Origin: Octopus vulgaris
Taxonomy: Eukaryota
Assembly (NCBI GenBank): GCA_951406725.2
Contig: OX597816.1
Span: forward strand, 69,068,001 to 69,132,000
Direction of reading: 5' to 3'
DNA: 64,000 bases
Every line of letters begins with the position of its first letter. Position 1 is the first letter of the stretch. Shown here piece by piece: positions 1 to 12,619 of the stretch. A program made the translations under genes and the position numbers. The notes beneath the pieces are model-generated. The model saw nothing but the letters and a program-made list of their open reading frames with translations. It was not told the DNA's origin and ran no database searches.

Positions 1-300
1 GTATTTATACATAAATGCATAATATGATATATATAGGGGTTTTACTTGTCGTATGATGGGTCAGCTTGGAGGTACATTTTTGCCACCGTGAGCAATACCA
101 CGAAATACAGCATACATAGAGTAATCATATTTTAACTGTTATCAAATTTGCCATCCTATAAAAATATATGCCTGTACGTACCGATCTCTGTGGACGCATG
201 GGTTTATACATATTTTGTGTGTGTGTGTATGAGTGTGTTGTTTTTTGTGTGTTTGTGTGTATGATATTTGTATGACTTGTATTTTTCTAAGAATAAACAT

Positions 301-463
301 AGGCGCAGGAGTGGCTGTGTGATAAGAAGCTTGCTTACCAACCACATGGTTCCGAGTTCAGTCCCCCTGCGTGGCATCTTCGGCAAGTGTCTTCTACTAT
401 TGCTTAGGGCCGACCAAAGCCTTGTAAGTGGATTTGGTAGACGGAAACTGAAAGAAGCCCGTC

Positions 464-503
<40 letters not shown>

Positions 504-716
504 GTTTGTGTGTCTATGTTTGTCCCCGCAACATCGCTTGACTACCGATGCTGTTCGGTCAGCGTTCTCGTAACATAGCGGTTTGGCAAGAGAGACTGAT
601 AGAATACGTACTAGACTTACAAAGAATAAGTCCTGGGGTCGATTTGCTCGACTAAAGATGGTGCTCTAGCATGGCCGCAGTCAAATGACTGAAACAAATT
701 AACGTAAAATTAAAAG
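301..716 (+). mobile_element. SINE family A (tRNA-like head, CORE-like middle, internal (TA)n, CR1-like 3' tail)
   Basis: Head aggcgcaggagtggctgtgtg..ggttccgagttcagtccc (A/B-box-like), ggcatcttcggcaagtgtctt, ggatttggtagacggaaactgaaagaagccc, (TA)n, tail gcatggccgcagtcaaatgactgaaac; several other copies in window. Confidence 0.9.
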
Positions 717-798
717 AATGTTTCAGCGTGGAAGGTGTTTATAAGCTATTTAAGAAACACACAAAAGCCGTTCGATTCACTTCAACATTTAAGTTTAA

Positions 799-848
799 TT
801 TGTCAAAATATTTTCGTCGCTAAAATCCGCGACCTGTTCACTGACAAA
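799..848 (-). ncRNA. Minimal hammerhead ribozyme-like motif, G3:C8 variant (inverted copy)
   Basis: Exact reverse complement of 1332-1381. Confidence 0.65.
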
Positions 849-1331
849 AAATCCGTGCTGCATCTGAGAAAGTAACTACTAGTTCGTCATATATATGTAC
901 GTATGTATGTGTGTATGTATGCATACATGTGTGTATGTATGTACGTATGCATGTACGTACATATGCCTGTGTATGCGTGTATGTATGTATGTATGTATGT
1001 ATGTATATATGTATGTGTGTGTATATGCACGCACATACACACTATAAACATAAAGCTATAAACCTGTAGCGATGGATAGATGTAGAGTGACCACTCATCA
1101 CAATAATATCAAATTTCAACTTCCCCCGGCCGAAGCCTGGAAGTGATTTACGACCCTTACTCCCAAAAAGTAATGGTCGTAAATCACATACATACATACA
1201 TGCATACACAGGCATATGTATGTACATGCATACGTACATACATACTCACATGTATGCATACATACACACATACATACGTACATATATATATGACGAACTA
1301 ACTGTTACTTTCTCAGATGCAGCACGGATTT

Positions 1332-1381
1332 TTTGTCAGTGAACAGGTCGCGGATTTTAGCGACGAAAATATTTTGACAAA
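1332..1381 (+). ncRNA. Minimal hammerhead ribozyme-like motif, G3:C8 variant
   Basis: Stem I tttgtca/tgacaaa; core GTGAACA; stem II gtcgc/gcgac; GAAA; palindromic stem III region aaatattt; putative UUU cleavage triplet. Confidence 0.65.
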
Positions 1382-2771
1382 TTAAACTTAAATGTTGAAG
1401 TGAATCGAACGGCTTTTGTGTGTTTCTTAAATGGCTTATAAACACCTTCCACGCTGCAATTGTTTTCGTTTCAGCACACGATCTCAGATCAAATTACTTG
1501 CTATGCGAGTACATCTCCGTAATAAAAGAATGTTTTTCTTTAGAGAGATATAAACTAATTCATATATATGTGAGTAGGTTTATATTGTGACGGATAGAAA
1601 TACTATATAACATAAAAAAAAACAAAGTCAAGGTTCGCATTTATCAGTGCTGCGAATATGAAGCAATGCTCCCTTCCTATGTGTTATTTTTTGAAGTTGC
1701 TGTAAGTGGTTAACTATCTTCGAATAATGTTTCATATAAGCTATAATCCACTAGAAATGTTATATTTTTTTACGTTTTGCTTACTTTCATATCATTGATA
1801 TTTCACATTTATGATGAGCTAATCTAGTTAGTGTTCGTTGCATATCCACGGATTAATTTCTACTTTGTAGGAAAACAGCTGTTGCAAACAGAAATAATCT
1901 TTCTTTTTATTTATAGTTCAGACTAAAATATCTAACGTTATCGTCTTTAAGACAGCAAATTAAACGTCGTAATGAAAAGGATTCTTTGCTTGAGTTTCCA
2001 AATTTCAATACATCTTAATTGTTATATTTTTAAACAAGAAATCATCATTATTTCATTCACACAACTATTCTGATATTACTCATATCTTTACATTTTAACT
2101 CTCATAGACACAAACGTGATTGATAGCAATGCTGATGCACTAAATGTGTTTTCTTTATCAGAATGGTTGATACGAATATCTGATTATAAACACCTCATTT
2201 TCTAGTAATTAATTAAATAAACATCATTTATACATTTTACTAATTAATTCCATATCAATTTTTCATTCTTATTTTAACATTGTGAGGGAAATGTTTTTGT
2301 TCAGTATTACAACTACAGGGATCCGTCAAGAATTTTGAATTTGAAATCTCATGTACGGAGTAGTAACCGGATCTCTGCAAACCCTACTGAACTGCTGAGG
2401 TGTTTTTGTTTTCTACATTTTAGAGGAAGAAGGTCGATACTCAGAACGTGTTTCTATACGTATTTCAGGCCACAGTGACTGTCAGGAGCAGATAGCAAGC
2501 TTATTGTTAGATAGGAAATCGAACGTGAATACTTGAATTAGATTAATGGCATACATACACACACCCCAAAACACACACACACACCGACACACACACACTC
2601 ACTCGCGCGCGCACACACACACACACGCACACGTCATGTATTAGAACATTAACTTCACAGTGAGGTAAAATATCCATGAGGAATGATGTTTGTAGTATAC
2701 TTAAGGTATGTATATAATATACCAAATTCAATATAAACCGTAGATTCGGGTCAGCGTTGGCTCCAGATAAA

Positions 2772-2979
2772 TTCTTTTACTTGTTTCAGTCATGTGACTG
2801 TGGTTATGCTGGAGTACCGCCTTTAGTCGAGCAAATCGACCCTAGGACTTATTCTTTGTAAGTCTAGTACTTATTCTATCGATCTCTTTTACCGAACCGC
2901 TAAGTTACGGCGACGTAAGCTCACCAGCATATGTTGTCAAGCGAAGTTGGGGGAGGGACAAAAGCAGACACAAACATAT

Positions 2980-3024
<45 letters not shown>

Positions 3025-3076
3025 CGCTGGGCTTCTTTCAGTTTCCGTCTCCCAAATCCACTCACAAGGCTTTGGT
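2772..3076 (-). mobile_element. SINE family A, 5'-truncated
   Basis: Reverse complement of the family A middle and tail (ttcttttacttgtttcagtca...ttctttcagtttccgtctcccaaatccactcacaaggc). Confidence 0.9.
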
Positions 3077-3780
3077 ATGTTGCCAGTGACGTGTATATGA
3101 CTGCATAGACAAATACTGGTGCGTCAGCATCAAGTTATAGGCATATTATAATTGCCCCTACCTCCATTAGGCGTATCATGAATACCACATGGCAATCGAT
3201 AGCAGCTCTATATAAGAAGTGACAAATTCACGGATTAAGAATTTTCCACATGTGGCATCTACATGTGTTTGCGTATGTGTTCATACAAATATACACACTT
3301 ACATATGTGTATGTAACGAGACACAGAAAAGCATGTCACCAACTCTTTCATAATATTTATTTCTTAGCAGCTCACATAACCCATTCAGTAGAGAATCAGA
3401 TGTTTACAGAGTAAGCTAATGGGAAATCATAATTATAAACTATAATTTGATTAATTAATTATTTCATTTCTTATTGGAAAAATAAAAACAAAACCTATTT
3501 GAAAAACCTAATTAATGGAAAGTGAATAATTTCAGCGTAGTATATTTAATGCGTTTTATTTACGGTGAGCATTATAATGATGGAGAAATATCAAGAATAT
3601 AAAGGATGTTGAATTCATTCTTTTTCAGATGTTTTTTGTTTTTAACTGATATATCACCAATCTCATGTTACAAGTTATCTATAAATGCTTTTACGTTATG
3701 AAGATCAGGTACTGTGCACGTAACACTGCATTTTGGTTAATTCATTGTTACATAATGATGTCATAAGATTTTCACACACG

Positions 3781-5048
3781 TAAGAGAAGCTTTCTTCGAA
3801 ACCACATACTTCTGAGTCAATCCCACTGCGTCGCGCATGAAGAAGGTTTCTTCTACTCTACACCCGGCGTGAATAAATCATTCTAAACGGATTTGGTAGA
3901 CGGAAACTGAAAGAAGCCTGTAATATAATGTGACCCAAAAGTCACTGACGGGTTGCATTCTTTGTTAATTCTTTTATTTTCGACCGCTTTTACTTACGGG
4001 AATTTTCTGGACTTGGTCCTGGAAATTAATTTTGGAAAAATGTGACACCGCACAACGCACCTAAGTAGTGAAATTGTTTTATCAAAATCAGATGTCAATT
4101 ATTCAAGCCCAGAGACTACCAAAGAGCATTGTACCCCATAAAATATACAGTAGGCTGTGCAATTACGATGGATTAGATAATCGAGCCATATTCCTTTCAG
4201 GACGATGATAGGAATGCTGTGACTGGTGAGTGACACAGGTCCATGATAGAGAACTTTTTGCACTCGGCCATTCAAAATAGGCCCGATATGTGGTTCCAGC
4301 AAGATGACACAACTGCCCATACCGCAAAGGAGACAGTACAGTCGCTGAAGCAATATTTTGGAGAAAGAATGATCTCTTGCTACTACGATGTCAACTGGAT
4401 ATCGCTTTCCCCAGACTTGACCAGCCCTGAATTGTGGAGATACTTCAAAAAGAATGTTTACGTCAGCAAACCTGAAATCTTGGAGAATATTAAAATGAAG
4501 GAGAATATCTCTGGAAAAGTCAGGGAACTGGACCCTGAAACTTTTACAGATGTCATGGAAAATATTTTGGAAAGGGTACGGGTGTGTGAATCTGAAAATG
4601 AACGGCAATTAGAAGATTTTTCATACGTAATGCACAGGTATAATGAAAAAGGACTAACGCAAATTAATCTCTATTATCTACACTATATTGAATAAAAATT
4701 GCATGCACCTATTTGTAAAAGCAAGGGTGTTATTAAAAATTAAAACACCTCTATGACTTTTGGGCTACCCTGTACATCTATATCATTCTCTCTCTCTCTA
4801 TCTATCTGTGTATGTGTTCATACATACATACATCTCTGTCTTTGCGTTTATGTTTGCCTCCTACCACTACTTCAAAATCGGTGTTGGTTTGTTTACGTCG
4901 CTATAAATTACCTGTTTCATGAAACAGAGGGACCAATTATGTACTCAGCTTTTATAAAATAAGTATTGAGGTCGATCCTTTCGATTAAACATTTATTCAT
5001 CACTGTGACCGCGCATGGCCGCTGTCTAATGACTGAAACAACTAAAAC
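3781..5048 (+). mobile_element. Old SINE family A copy split by a Tc1/mariner insertion (parts about 3781-3920 and 4780-5048)
   Basis: Head and ggatttggtagacggaaactgaaagaagcc precede 3924; tail gcatggccgctgtctaatgactgaaacaac follows 4774. Confidence 0.75.
3924..4774 (+). mobile_element. Decayed Tc1/mariner-superfamily (DD37D/DD41D-like) transposon, internally deleted
   Basis: ORF 4243-4695 has WFQQDDTTAHTA and SPDLTSPELWRYFKKNVY (DDD-domain motifs); degenerate TIRs sharing cccaaaagtca (3926-3944, 4754-4772) flanked by TA. Confidence 0.85.
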
Positions 5049-5814
5049 ACAAAATGAAATACTCGTACTCACGCTCCCGATTAACAATGCAACCATTTCC
5101 AGTGGAGTAGTTTCCATGAGATCAGAATTTCAGTTAACGGACTCACCCCACTCTCATTTATATGCCCTCGACCATCAGCAGGAACTTTTGATGATCACTG
5201 CCCTTTGTTTTATCGATATCGAATATGTAGGATTGCACCATCGAATCTGAAATCTTCCATTTAAGACAAATTGAATTGGCAGTGATTTGTAAAAGATTTG
5301 GTTGCTATGAATGGTAGATAGAGCGGATGTGTAGAGACTTACACTTTTCTTTTTTTTATTTCATAAGCTAATAGATAAAATGCTGTAAGATAAGTTAGTA
5401 GAGAAACTCTAGATAATTTCGTTGTCACTGGTAAGTATGATATAAGAGACGGCATATAATACGCGGTGGGGGAATAGGACAGGGAGAACGTATGTGTGCA
5501 GAGAAGAGAATGACGTCTTCGACATGATAGGAGTGTCAGGAAACAAAATAACTACAAAGGAAGTAAGACAGACTTGTAGATAGACATTTGCATATATATG
5601 AATAACGATATAAAGATAGAATGATAGAAAGTTACATACGAAATAAGGTCAATTTAAAACACAAAGTAAGGTGGACAGAAACTTATGTAAGAATCTACAC
5701 ACACAATATATATATATGTATATATATATATAAGGAGAACAGAGTGAGAACGAGAGATTGGTAGATAGAAATATACATACATATATATACACACATATAT
5801 ATATATATATATAT

Positions 5815-6135
5815 AATAATAAATATTAGAGAATAAATCCAAACTTACAGGGAAAAATCAGATTTAGGATTGAATCCAATTTTATAGTAAAATATTATAT
5901 TATATTAAATTAGAGACAAAACCACTATTACGCAAATCAAACAAAGAAAGACTTCAGCCAATACATAAATTAATTTATATTACTTAGAAATGTAACAATT
6001 ATTAATATCCACTACGATCGTTTCGTGTCTTCAATCATCAAGTCTATGAGTGGTAGACATTCATCAGGTGGTTTCAGAATATTCTTGGCGAGTTTTAAAC
6101 AATGAACCAAATATGGTTTACTTTTTTAACATATT
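5815..6135 (-). mobile_element. Penelope-like terminal (pLTR) fragment abutting (TA)n
   Basis: Starts at a (TA)n tract and contains an intact HHR; boundaries approximate. Confidence 0.6.
6009..6071 (-). ncRNA. Minimal hammerhead ribozyme with canonical core
   Basis: Minus strand: ccac-CTGATGA-(stem II tgtct...agaca)-GAAAC-gatc-GTA-gtgg. Confidence 0.85.
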
Positions 6136-6139
6136 TCCC

Positions 6140-7272
6140 GTTTCAGGCTGCAATGGATGGATTCCATTGCTAAAGGAGCTTTCATCCACTTACTAAAACA
6201 AAAACTGTAGCAGCAGATATGACATCATCATCACTGCCATACTGATTCCGAGCCAAGTGATTTTCAATGTTGGGGAATGGATGATGGTCAAATGGGACCA
6301 AATTAGCAGGATTGTGAAAGCCACAGTAAAGCTAGGGAACCAATGAAACCAAGGCCTTATAAGACAAGGACACTTCATCAGTTTTCCTGGGTGGTTTGTC
6401 GTCCAAGCCTTTCGTAGCTGCCTCAGCATGTTAGCACAGTACTCTCCGTTGATGGTCTTGCCCTTTTGATGATAATCAATAAACTCAAAACGCCTGCAAC
6501 CCCCAAAACTGACACCATCAACTTGCCTGCAGATGAAACGACCATGGCCGTATTTGGAGCGGGAGAAACGGGGTGTTTCCGTTGCATAAATCGTTTCTTT
6601 GTTTGTGGCTCAAAGGGGTCAACCCGACACACGTCCTGCATTTGGAGACTTCAAGAAAAGCACCTGGATGTGCCCGAAACAATGTGAAATGTTTCCGTAA
6701 TGTGATAAGACTGGTGCATTCTTGATCAGGGTTTAGAAGACGTCGTATCCAACGAGGAGAATTCTTCATCATGCCAAGTTAGTGCAAAATATTCTCAACT
6801 CTCTCACAGGATACGTTAATAACATTAGTTATTTGATTTATAGTCAATTGCCTGTCATCCGTCACTTATGTGGTGAACACGATCACTGTCTTACTCGGCG
6901 GTGGCAGTTGCAGGACGTCAAGACCTTAGGTCATCTTTAAGACTCTACCTTCCCCGCCTAAATTCATTTGCTTACATTTGTGCTGTTGATAAAGATGTAG
7001 CATCATACCCTGACGTAGCAAACGTATCATCACGAATATCGTTGGTCCTAAACCCATTGTTGGTAGGAACTTGATAACACCATGATGTCAAATTTGTTCC
7101 ATTTTCAAGAAAAGTCTCTACACATTACTTTTGATTTAAGATTTCAGTTTACCGGCGAGGGTGGGTAACAATGCAGTTATGATTAAAATGAGTTGACATT
7201 ATTGCATGCAAGATTTCAAAGCTCCAGTATCACTCTTTCATAATCAATCTATGAACTTTTCAACTCTCCTTG
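6140..7272 (-). pseudogene. Decayed mariner (DD34D) transposase
   Basis: Frameshifted ORFs with VVSSAGKLMVSV, GKTINGEYCANMLRQLRKA and HSPTLKITW; mariner-like end near 7250-7272. Confidence 0.85.
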
Positions 7273-7333
7273 GTGCATGTACATGTGTGTTCTAAAGTGG
7301 GTTCCTCCTACTGGTGTGATGTGTGAATGCCGT

Positions 7334-7597
7334 TGTAATGTAGTCACTGTTTTACGCTAGTAGCCCCAATAGTTACTAGTCATCAGGTACCAGTGTATCT
7401 CTTTGTACCGCGATAGTAATACACTGACTTCTATCTTACTATCGATGAATAACTCCATAAGACACCGACTAGAACTTTCGACTCTCAACTCTTTAACTCT
7501 CAATCTTCTCTCGGCGATCGACAACTGGTCTTTTTACTTGTCCATATGACTCCTACTACTCTTTACCGGGAGTTGTATACAGCTTCACTATACTACA
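7334..7597. mobile_element. Possible solo LTR
   Basis: TG...CA ends with imperfect inverted termini tgtaatgtagt/actatactaca; no TSD found. Confidence 0.25.
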
Positions 7598-7965
7598 GTA
7601 CGTATGTATATATGTACGTATGGATATACACACATGTGTGTATGTATGTGTATATATTCCATGTATATATGTGAAATATTCCGGCTTTGGTTTGGGATTC
7701 CGACAGTCTTGGTAACCCAGTATTCGAGTCGAATGATTCTCTGGAAATACCCAACTTCACCTTAGCCATTTGCTCTATGTCAAATATACTCTTCGTATAT
7801 TCGAACTTATCTGTTTGAGCAGAGACAACTTCTTTCCTAAATGATGAAGAGAAATCATATACATATATGTGTTTTTGCGAGTGTGTCTGTATGTATGTGT
7901 GTGTTGTATGCGCGCATGTGTGTGATGTGTGCGCGCGTGCGTTTAAGTGTAATGGTAAAAATAAA

Positions 7966-8704
7966 TACAAGGTGATATCAAACAGTTCTCAGACTAGGTA
8001 GGTTTCATACAAAATAACTTATTACGTTTTAACATCATTTCCTTTCAAATAGACATGTTGCGCAACAATACACCGGTCCCAGCTTTCCTGTCACTTTTGG
8101 AATCCGGCTTAGAAGTCGTTTTGCATAAGTGATTGGAGGACCTTCTGCGATTCGGTGCGGATTTCCGCAACGGTGTTAAAACGGCAAGATTTGAGCTGCA
8201 TTTTCATCTTGGCGAAGGGTTGGTAGTCGGATCATTGACAAGGAGCATTCTCGTTGTGAGGAATCCAATTCATTGCGCTCCAAAGACCTGTTTGCTTTCA
8301 CCGAAAGTTCCCCCTCAAGGGCGTCAAACGTTGCAGTAGAACTCTCTATTAACGGTCTGGCTTTGGGGGACGAGTTTTTCGCTGCATAATACCACATTTC
8401 CGGGGTGATGTTTCAAAACATTTTGTATGACCGACCCACTGCTTCGTAGTCGTAAGCTTACCGAAGCATGCTCAATATTACTGTAGCAGACTTTCTTCCT
8501 GTCCTTAACAAAATCTCAAACTACAGCATACACGTGATCACAAAAAAAAACAAATTTCATAACTTGCGAAGTAAGCACAGCGATGTCACTCGGCACATTG
8601 CATCATGAAGGTCATTGCTAGCTCTCACTGCGCACGCAACAGTGTGCTGCATTCAGTTGGTGCGCTACAGAACTAGTCCAGGAACCTTTTGACACAACTT
8701 TGTA
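7966..8704. mobile_element. Non-autonomous mariner-type element
   Basis: Degenerate 32-bp TIRs tacaaggtgatatcaaacagttctcagactag / ctagtccaggaaccttttgacacaactttgta, TA at both ends. Confidence 0.75.
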
Positions 8705-8739
8705 TGCTAATAGTTACATAAATAAATCAGTAGTTATGA

Positions 8740-9230
8740 ATCGCTAGCGACGGTGGATAAAGACGTGAACTTTTGCTATAAAACTATGTCCACTATCTTA
8801 TATGCGAGATGGAACACTGGTGACAAAGGTGGACTCGTGTCAGATTCTTGATGTGCCTGTGGTAGAGCTCTATGTATTCCATGGATAAGAGGAGACAAGG
8901 GAGCACCGTGGCACATTTATCTTCATGTTGCAAGTGATGCCATGTTACTTCCAGAGACGATTATCCAGAGAGTCAAAAACATTTGTGTCAAACTGTATTT
9001 GCCTCTGAAATTCGAGGTGAGAAGTGTTAGTACAATTCACTGCGCTACCGGGATAGGTAAAGGCCTCGAAGTACTTCAGGAGTTCCTTGTAACTGGCACT
9101 AATTCAGGTTCTTTCGGTCTATTAGCACATCTTGGTAGGTGTTGGTGGAGTTAGTGATTTATGAATGTCCTGAAAAGCTTGTTAACACCATCAAACAGCA
9201 CCACACAGTAATGAAAGCTAGTCTCAATGC
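8740..9230 (-). mobile_element. Decayed RTE-clade LINE reverse transcriptase fragment
   Basis: Minus-strand remnants FEAFTYPGSAV, FDSLDNRLWK, ELYHRHIKNLTRVHL resemble the post-RT region of RTE elements. Confidence 0.6.
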
Positions 9231-9248
9231 ATACATACATATATGTGG

Positions 9249-9371
9249 GGGGTGGTTAAGAAGCTTTCTTCCCAACCACATCATTCTGGGTTCAGTCCTA
9301 CAGCGTGACACCTTGGTTACATGTCTTCTGCTTGTAAGTGGAATTGGTAGACGGAAACTGAAAGAGCCCAT

Positions 9372-9445
<74 letters not shown>

Positions 9446-9699
9446 CATACATATATGTATATAATAATGTGTGTGCGTGCGGGTGTGTCCATGTTGGTCC
9501 CCCATTACCTCTTGATAACCGCTGTTGGTGTGCCGACATCCCTGTAACTTAGCAGTTCGGCAAGAGCCACCGATAGAACAAGTACTTGTATTTCAAAAAC
9601 ATGTAAGTCCTGTGGTTGATTTGCTCGACTAAAACCCTTCAAGGCAGTGCTCCAGGATGGCCGCTGTCAAATGAGTGAAACAAGTAAAAGAATGAAAGA
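9249..9699 (+). mobile_element. SINE family A
   Basis: Head, ggtagacggaaactgaaagagccc, internal TG/TA repeat, tail ggccgctgtcaaatgagtgaaacaagtaaaag. Confidence 0.85.
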
Positions 9700-11559
9700 A
9701 TATATGTATAACACCCTCCTCATACACACACCCAGGCATATATAGGCATTTACTGAAAACCTTTAGCGAACAACTTGTAAAACATTTCAGATGTGAAATA
9801 TATTAACGTATATTTTCTGGTTTTCTTTTTTGTTACGCACAAGCCATACTATTCTTAATATATACTTCAATAAATAGTTTCTATATGGCATTCAATATCT
9901 GCCTCACAATTCGCTTTCTCTCGGCGAAACTACTTATCTTGATAAAATTGTTAGATTACTTTCTTTGTTTCTTCCTTTGTTTCTTCCTTCTTCCACCCCC
10001 CTTTTTTTTATTCCTCCCTAATTGCCATGCTACCATTATCATTTCTAAGAGAAAAGTAAAAATATATTCTCTTCTTGTTATATTTCATTCACTTGACCGT
10101 CTATGTCCGTTTAATCCCACTTCTAATCTCTCTTTCGCTATTTTCCTCTCTCTCTCACACGAACAAACAAGCACAAACTTACTGACATATACGCACACAC
10201 TCAGACACACATATACACACACACAACTCGGAATGCTTTTAGGAAAGATTGAAAATGTCACAACTTCACAAATTTCCATTTGTCCACATCACCTGAAAGA
10301 AACAGACTTTATTAAACTTTCGTTTTGATTTCAGTTATTTTTTCTCTCCGTTTTCATATTTTTGGAAATCAATATATTTACAGGCTTAAAACACTGCCGA
10401 CATCTTTGAAAATGACCTTGTCAAGCAAGAGGAAGGACTTTATCTCTTTCTTAAGTCACATTAGCTTGCGGATACAGTAATTCTGAATTTCCTTACATTA
10501 GTTTTAGACATTTTGGGAAAAAGGAATTAGATTATGAACGCTGAATTCTCATGTCATTATTTATGAAAGAGTTCTGCTGCAAAGCAACCGTCTGTCTGTA
10601 TAACACCACACTTTTTCTGGTGGTTAGCTTCCGAAACAGCTGTTCAAAAAATACATATATATCATTTACCGGAATTATAGATATGGTATGTAAATGTTTA
10701 TTTTCGTTTTCTTCCTTTATGATGGATACGTATGTGCAATGTGCATATCATTTGATATTCTTTAGCGGTTTCAATAAGGACACAGTAATCTATCACATAC
10801 CGTGTAGACCCCTGAGGAGAGATTTTCGTATTGAACAAAATAGTTGGTCATTCAATTACAGATGTCACTTGAATATGTTATACACAATAATCAGAAGCAT
10901 CACACTGTGCTTCACCTTGCATTAAATTCTGCATGTATTGTGGAACACACATAAATGGAAGAAAGAGAATAATATGGCCGTGCATATAAATGCAATTAGT
11001 GTAATTAATTTCAATTTTACAAATATGATTGTCTAAATGATAATCTCTCGAAGGAATGAAACTAGGGAATAATTCATTAAATGTCTTATTCTAGCAAGGG
11101 TGTTATATCATCCTAATGCAATTTTCAAATGCACAACTACACATGCCATTGAAAGGTTGGTACCTAACATTGCGCACTATCATATCATAAGAAGGAAAGC
11201 AACCCCTAAAACATTTTCAGTATCTCTGTGACCGGCAACAAGAAGGGGGCATGTTATTCTCGTAAGGTAGATCTGTCGCAAATGCTGGCAAATGTGTGGA
11301 CTCAAGCAAAAGAAACATTATGTGGCGTTATACTTGACGGTTTAAATCTATTAAAAACAAAGGAACAGTTCTAACTTTAAACGATTTGGTCGACATTATG
11401 TATGGCAAGCGACATTTGTTCACTGTGGTGTCACATTGAAGCAAAGATCTTACGGAATTGTCACCGCTATTTACTAGCAGTGAATCGAGAAAATCAATAG
11501 AATTAAAATCTCACTTATATATTCCAGAGTACAAGATAGTTTCGAAAAAGATATATATC

Positions 11560-11793
11560 CATTTCTTTACTACACACAAGGGGCTAAGCACAGAGAGGAC
11601 AAACAAAGACAGACAAACGGATTAAGTCGATTATATCGACCCCAGTGCGTAACTGGTACTTAATTTATCCACCCCGAAAGGATGAAAGGCAAAGTCGACC
11701 TCGGCGGAATTTGAACTAAGAACGTAACGGCAGACGAACCACGGCTACGCATTTCATCCGGCGTGCTAACGTTTCTACCAGCTCACCGTCTTC
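11560..11793 (-). mobile_element. SINE family B (tRNA-like head, gtcgactttgcctttcatcctttcgggg central domain)
   Basis: Reverse complement of 25785-26019; flanked by near-repeat ttc(g)aaaaaga(t/c)atat. Confidence 0.9.
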
Positions 11794-12070
11794 AAAAAGA
11801 CATATGTCAATTCAAAATGCATTAAACAAGTTAGTAAATGCTTTACTGTATTTCGTCAAATATATCCTTCCCTTCCTTTTGTTCGTACCATTCCTTTGTC
11901 TGACACCCAATGTAACTCAATCCGTCCCTGTACAGCCATTCACCTCCCCTACGATTCTTATTTTTTTATTTTTTGTTATAAACAGTTATATGTCTATATG
12001 ATGTACGTTCAATTCTCGTTGAGTTTCACTATTTTCTTTTTTCATGAGAAAGTTAATAAGATATATTGTT

Positions 12071-12345
12071 TGTTCCTTCTCGAGCCATACCTGACTCATA
12101 AGGGCCGGTTTCCCGGTTTCTTTCGTGGGACGCCGTTCCGTCGCGGGTGAGCTGCAAGATGCAGGAGGAAAGAGTGAGAGAAAGTTGTGGCGAAAGTCAG
12201 CAGAATTTTGCCATTACCTTCTGTCGGAGCCGCGTGGAGCTTAGGTGTTTCGCTCATAAACACACACATCGCCCGATCTGAGATTCGAACCCGCGATCCC
12301 TAGACCGCGAATCCGCTACTCTAACCACTGGGCCATGTGCCTCCA
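12071..12345 (-). mobile_element. SINE family C (tRNA-derived)
   Basis: Minus strand ggaggcacatggcccagtggttagag...gggttcgaatctc (A and B boxes), then gagcgaaacacctaagctccacg shared with 20451 and 23764. Confidence 0.85.
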
Positions 12346-12619
12346 ATTATTATATATATACGAATATTAAATCGATTTATATTATAATGTTTATGAAACA
12401 TGCAAATTAAATAAATAAAATTCGAAATCAAATTATGTTGATCTTCTAAATGCATACTAAAAAATAACACTGATGATTTTTCTCGTCGATATGGGTTTTA
12501 CTTATATTAACATTTCATGACTAGCTTTTCAGGAACGTTGGTGCTCTCTTAACTATTTATTTTGCGTACAGGTGTCACCTTTGGTTATTTTCAGTCCCAT
12601 TCGATCCTTTAAAGTTATA

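Larger units (their letters stand above)
711..1535. mobile_element. Non-coding Penelope-like fold-back insertion with two HHR copies and 13-bp flanking direct repeat
   Basis: About 270-bp inverted arms (724-995 vs 1186-1456); direct repeat taaaagaatgttt at 711-723 and 1523-1535; HHR-like motif in each arm. Confidence 0.75.

Noticed and set aside
7680-7836. Possible minus-strand exon KEVVSAQTDKFEYTKSIFDIEQMAK with a good acceptor
   Set aside because: No clear donor or recognisable host homology; could equally be decayed RTE sequence next to the 8740-9230 fragment
10230-10930. Several minus-strand splice-like signals
   Set aside because: Frames contain stops and do not join into a convincing coding sequence
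12260-12345. tRNA gene-like A/B boxes (also 20451, 23764, 25785)
   Set aside because: SINE heads continuing into SINE bodies; no complete cloverleaf
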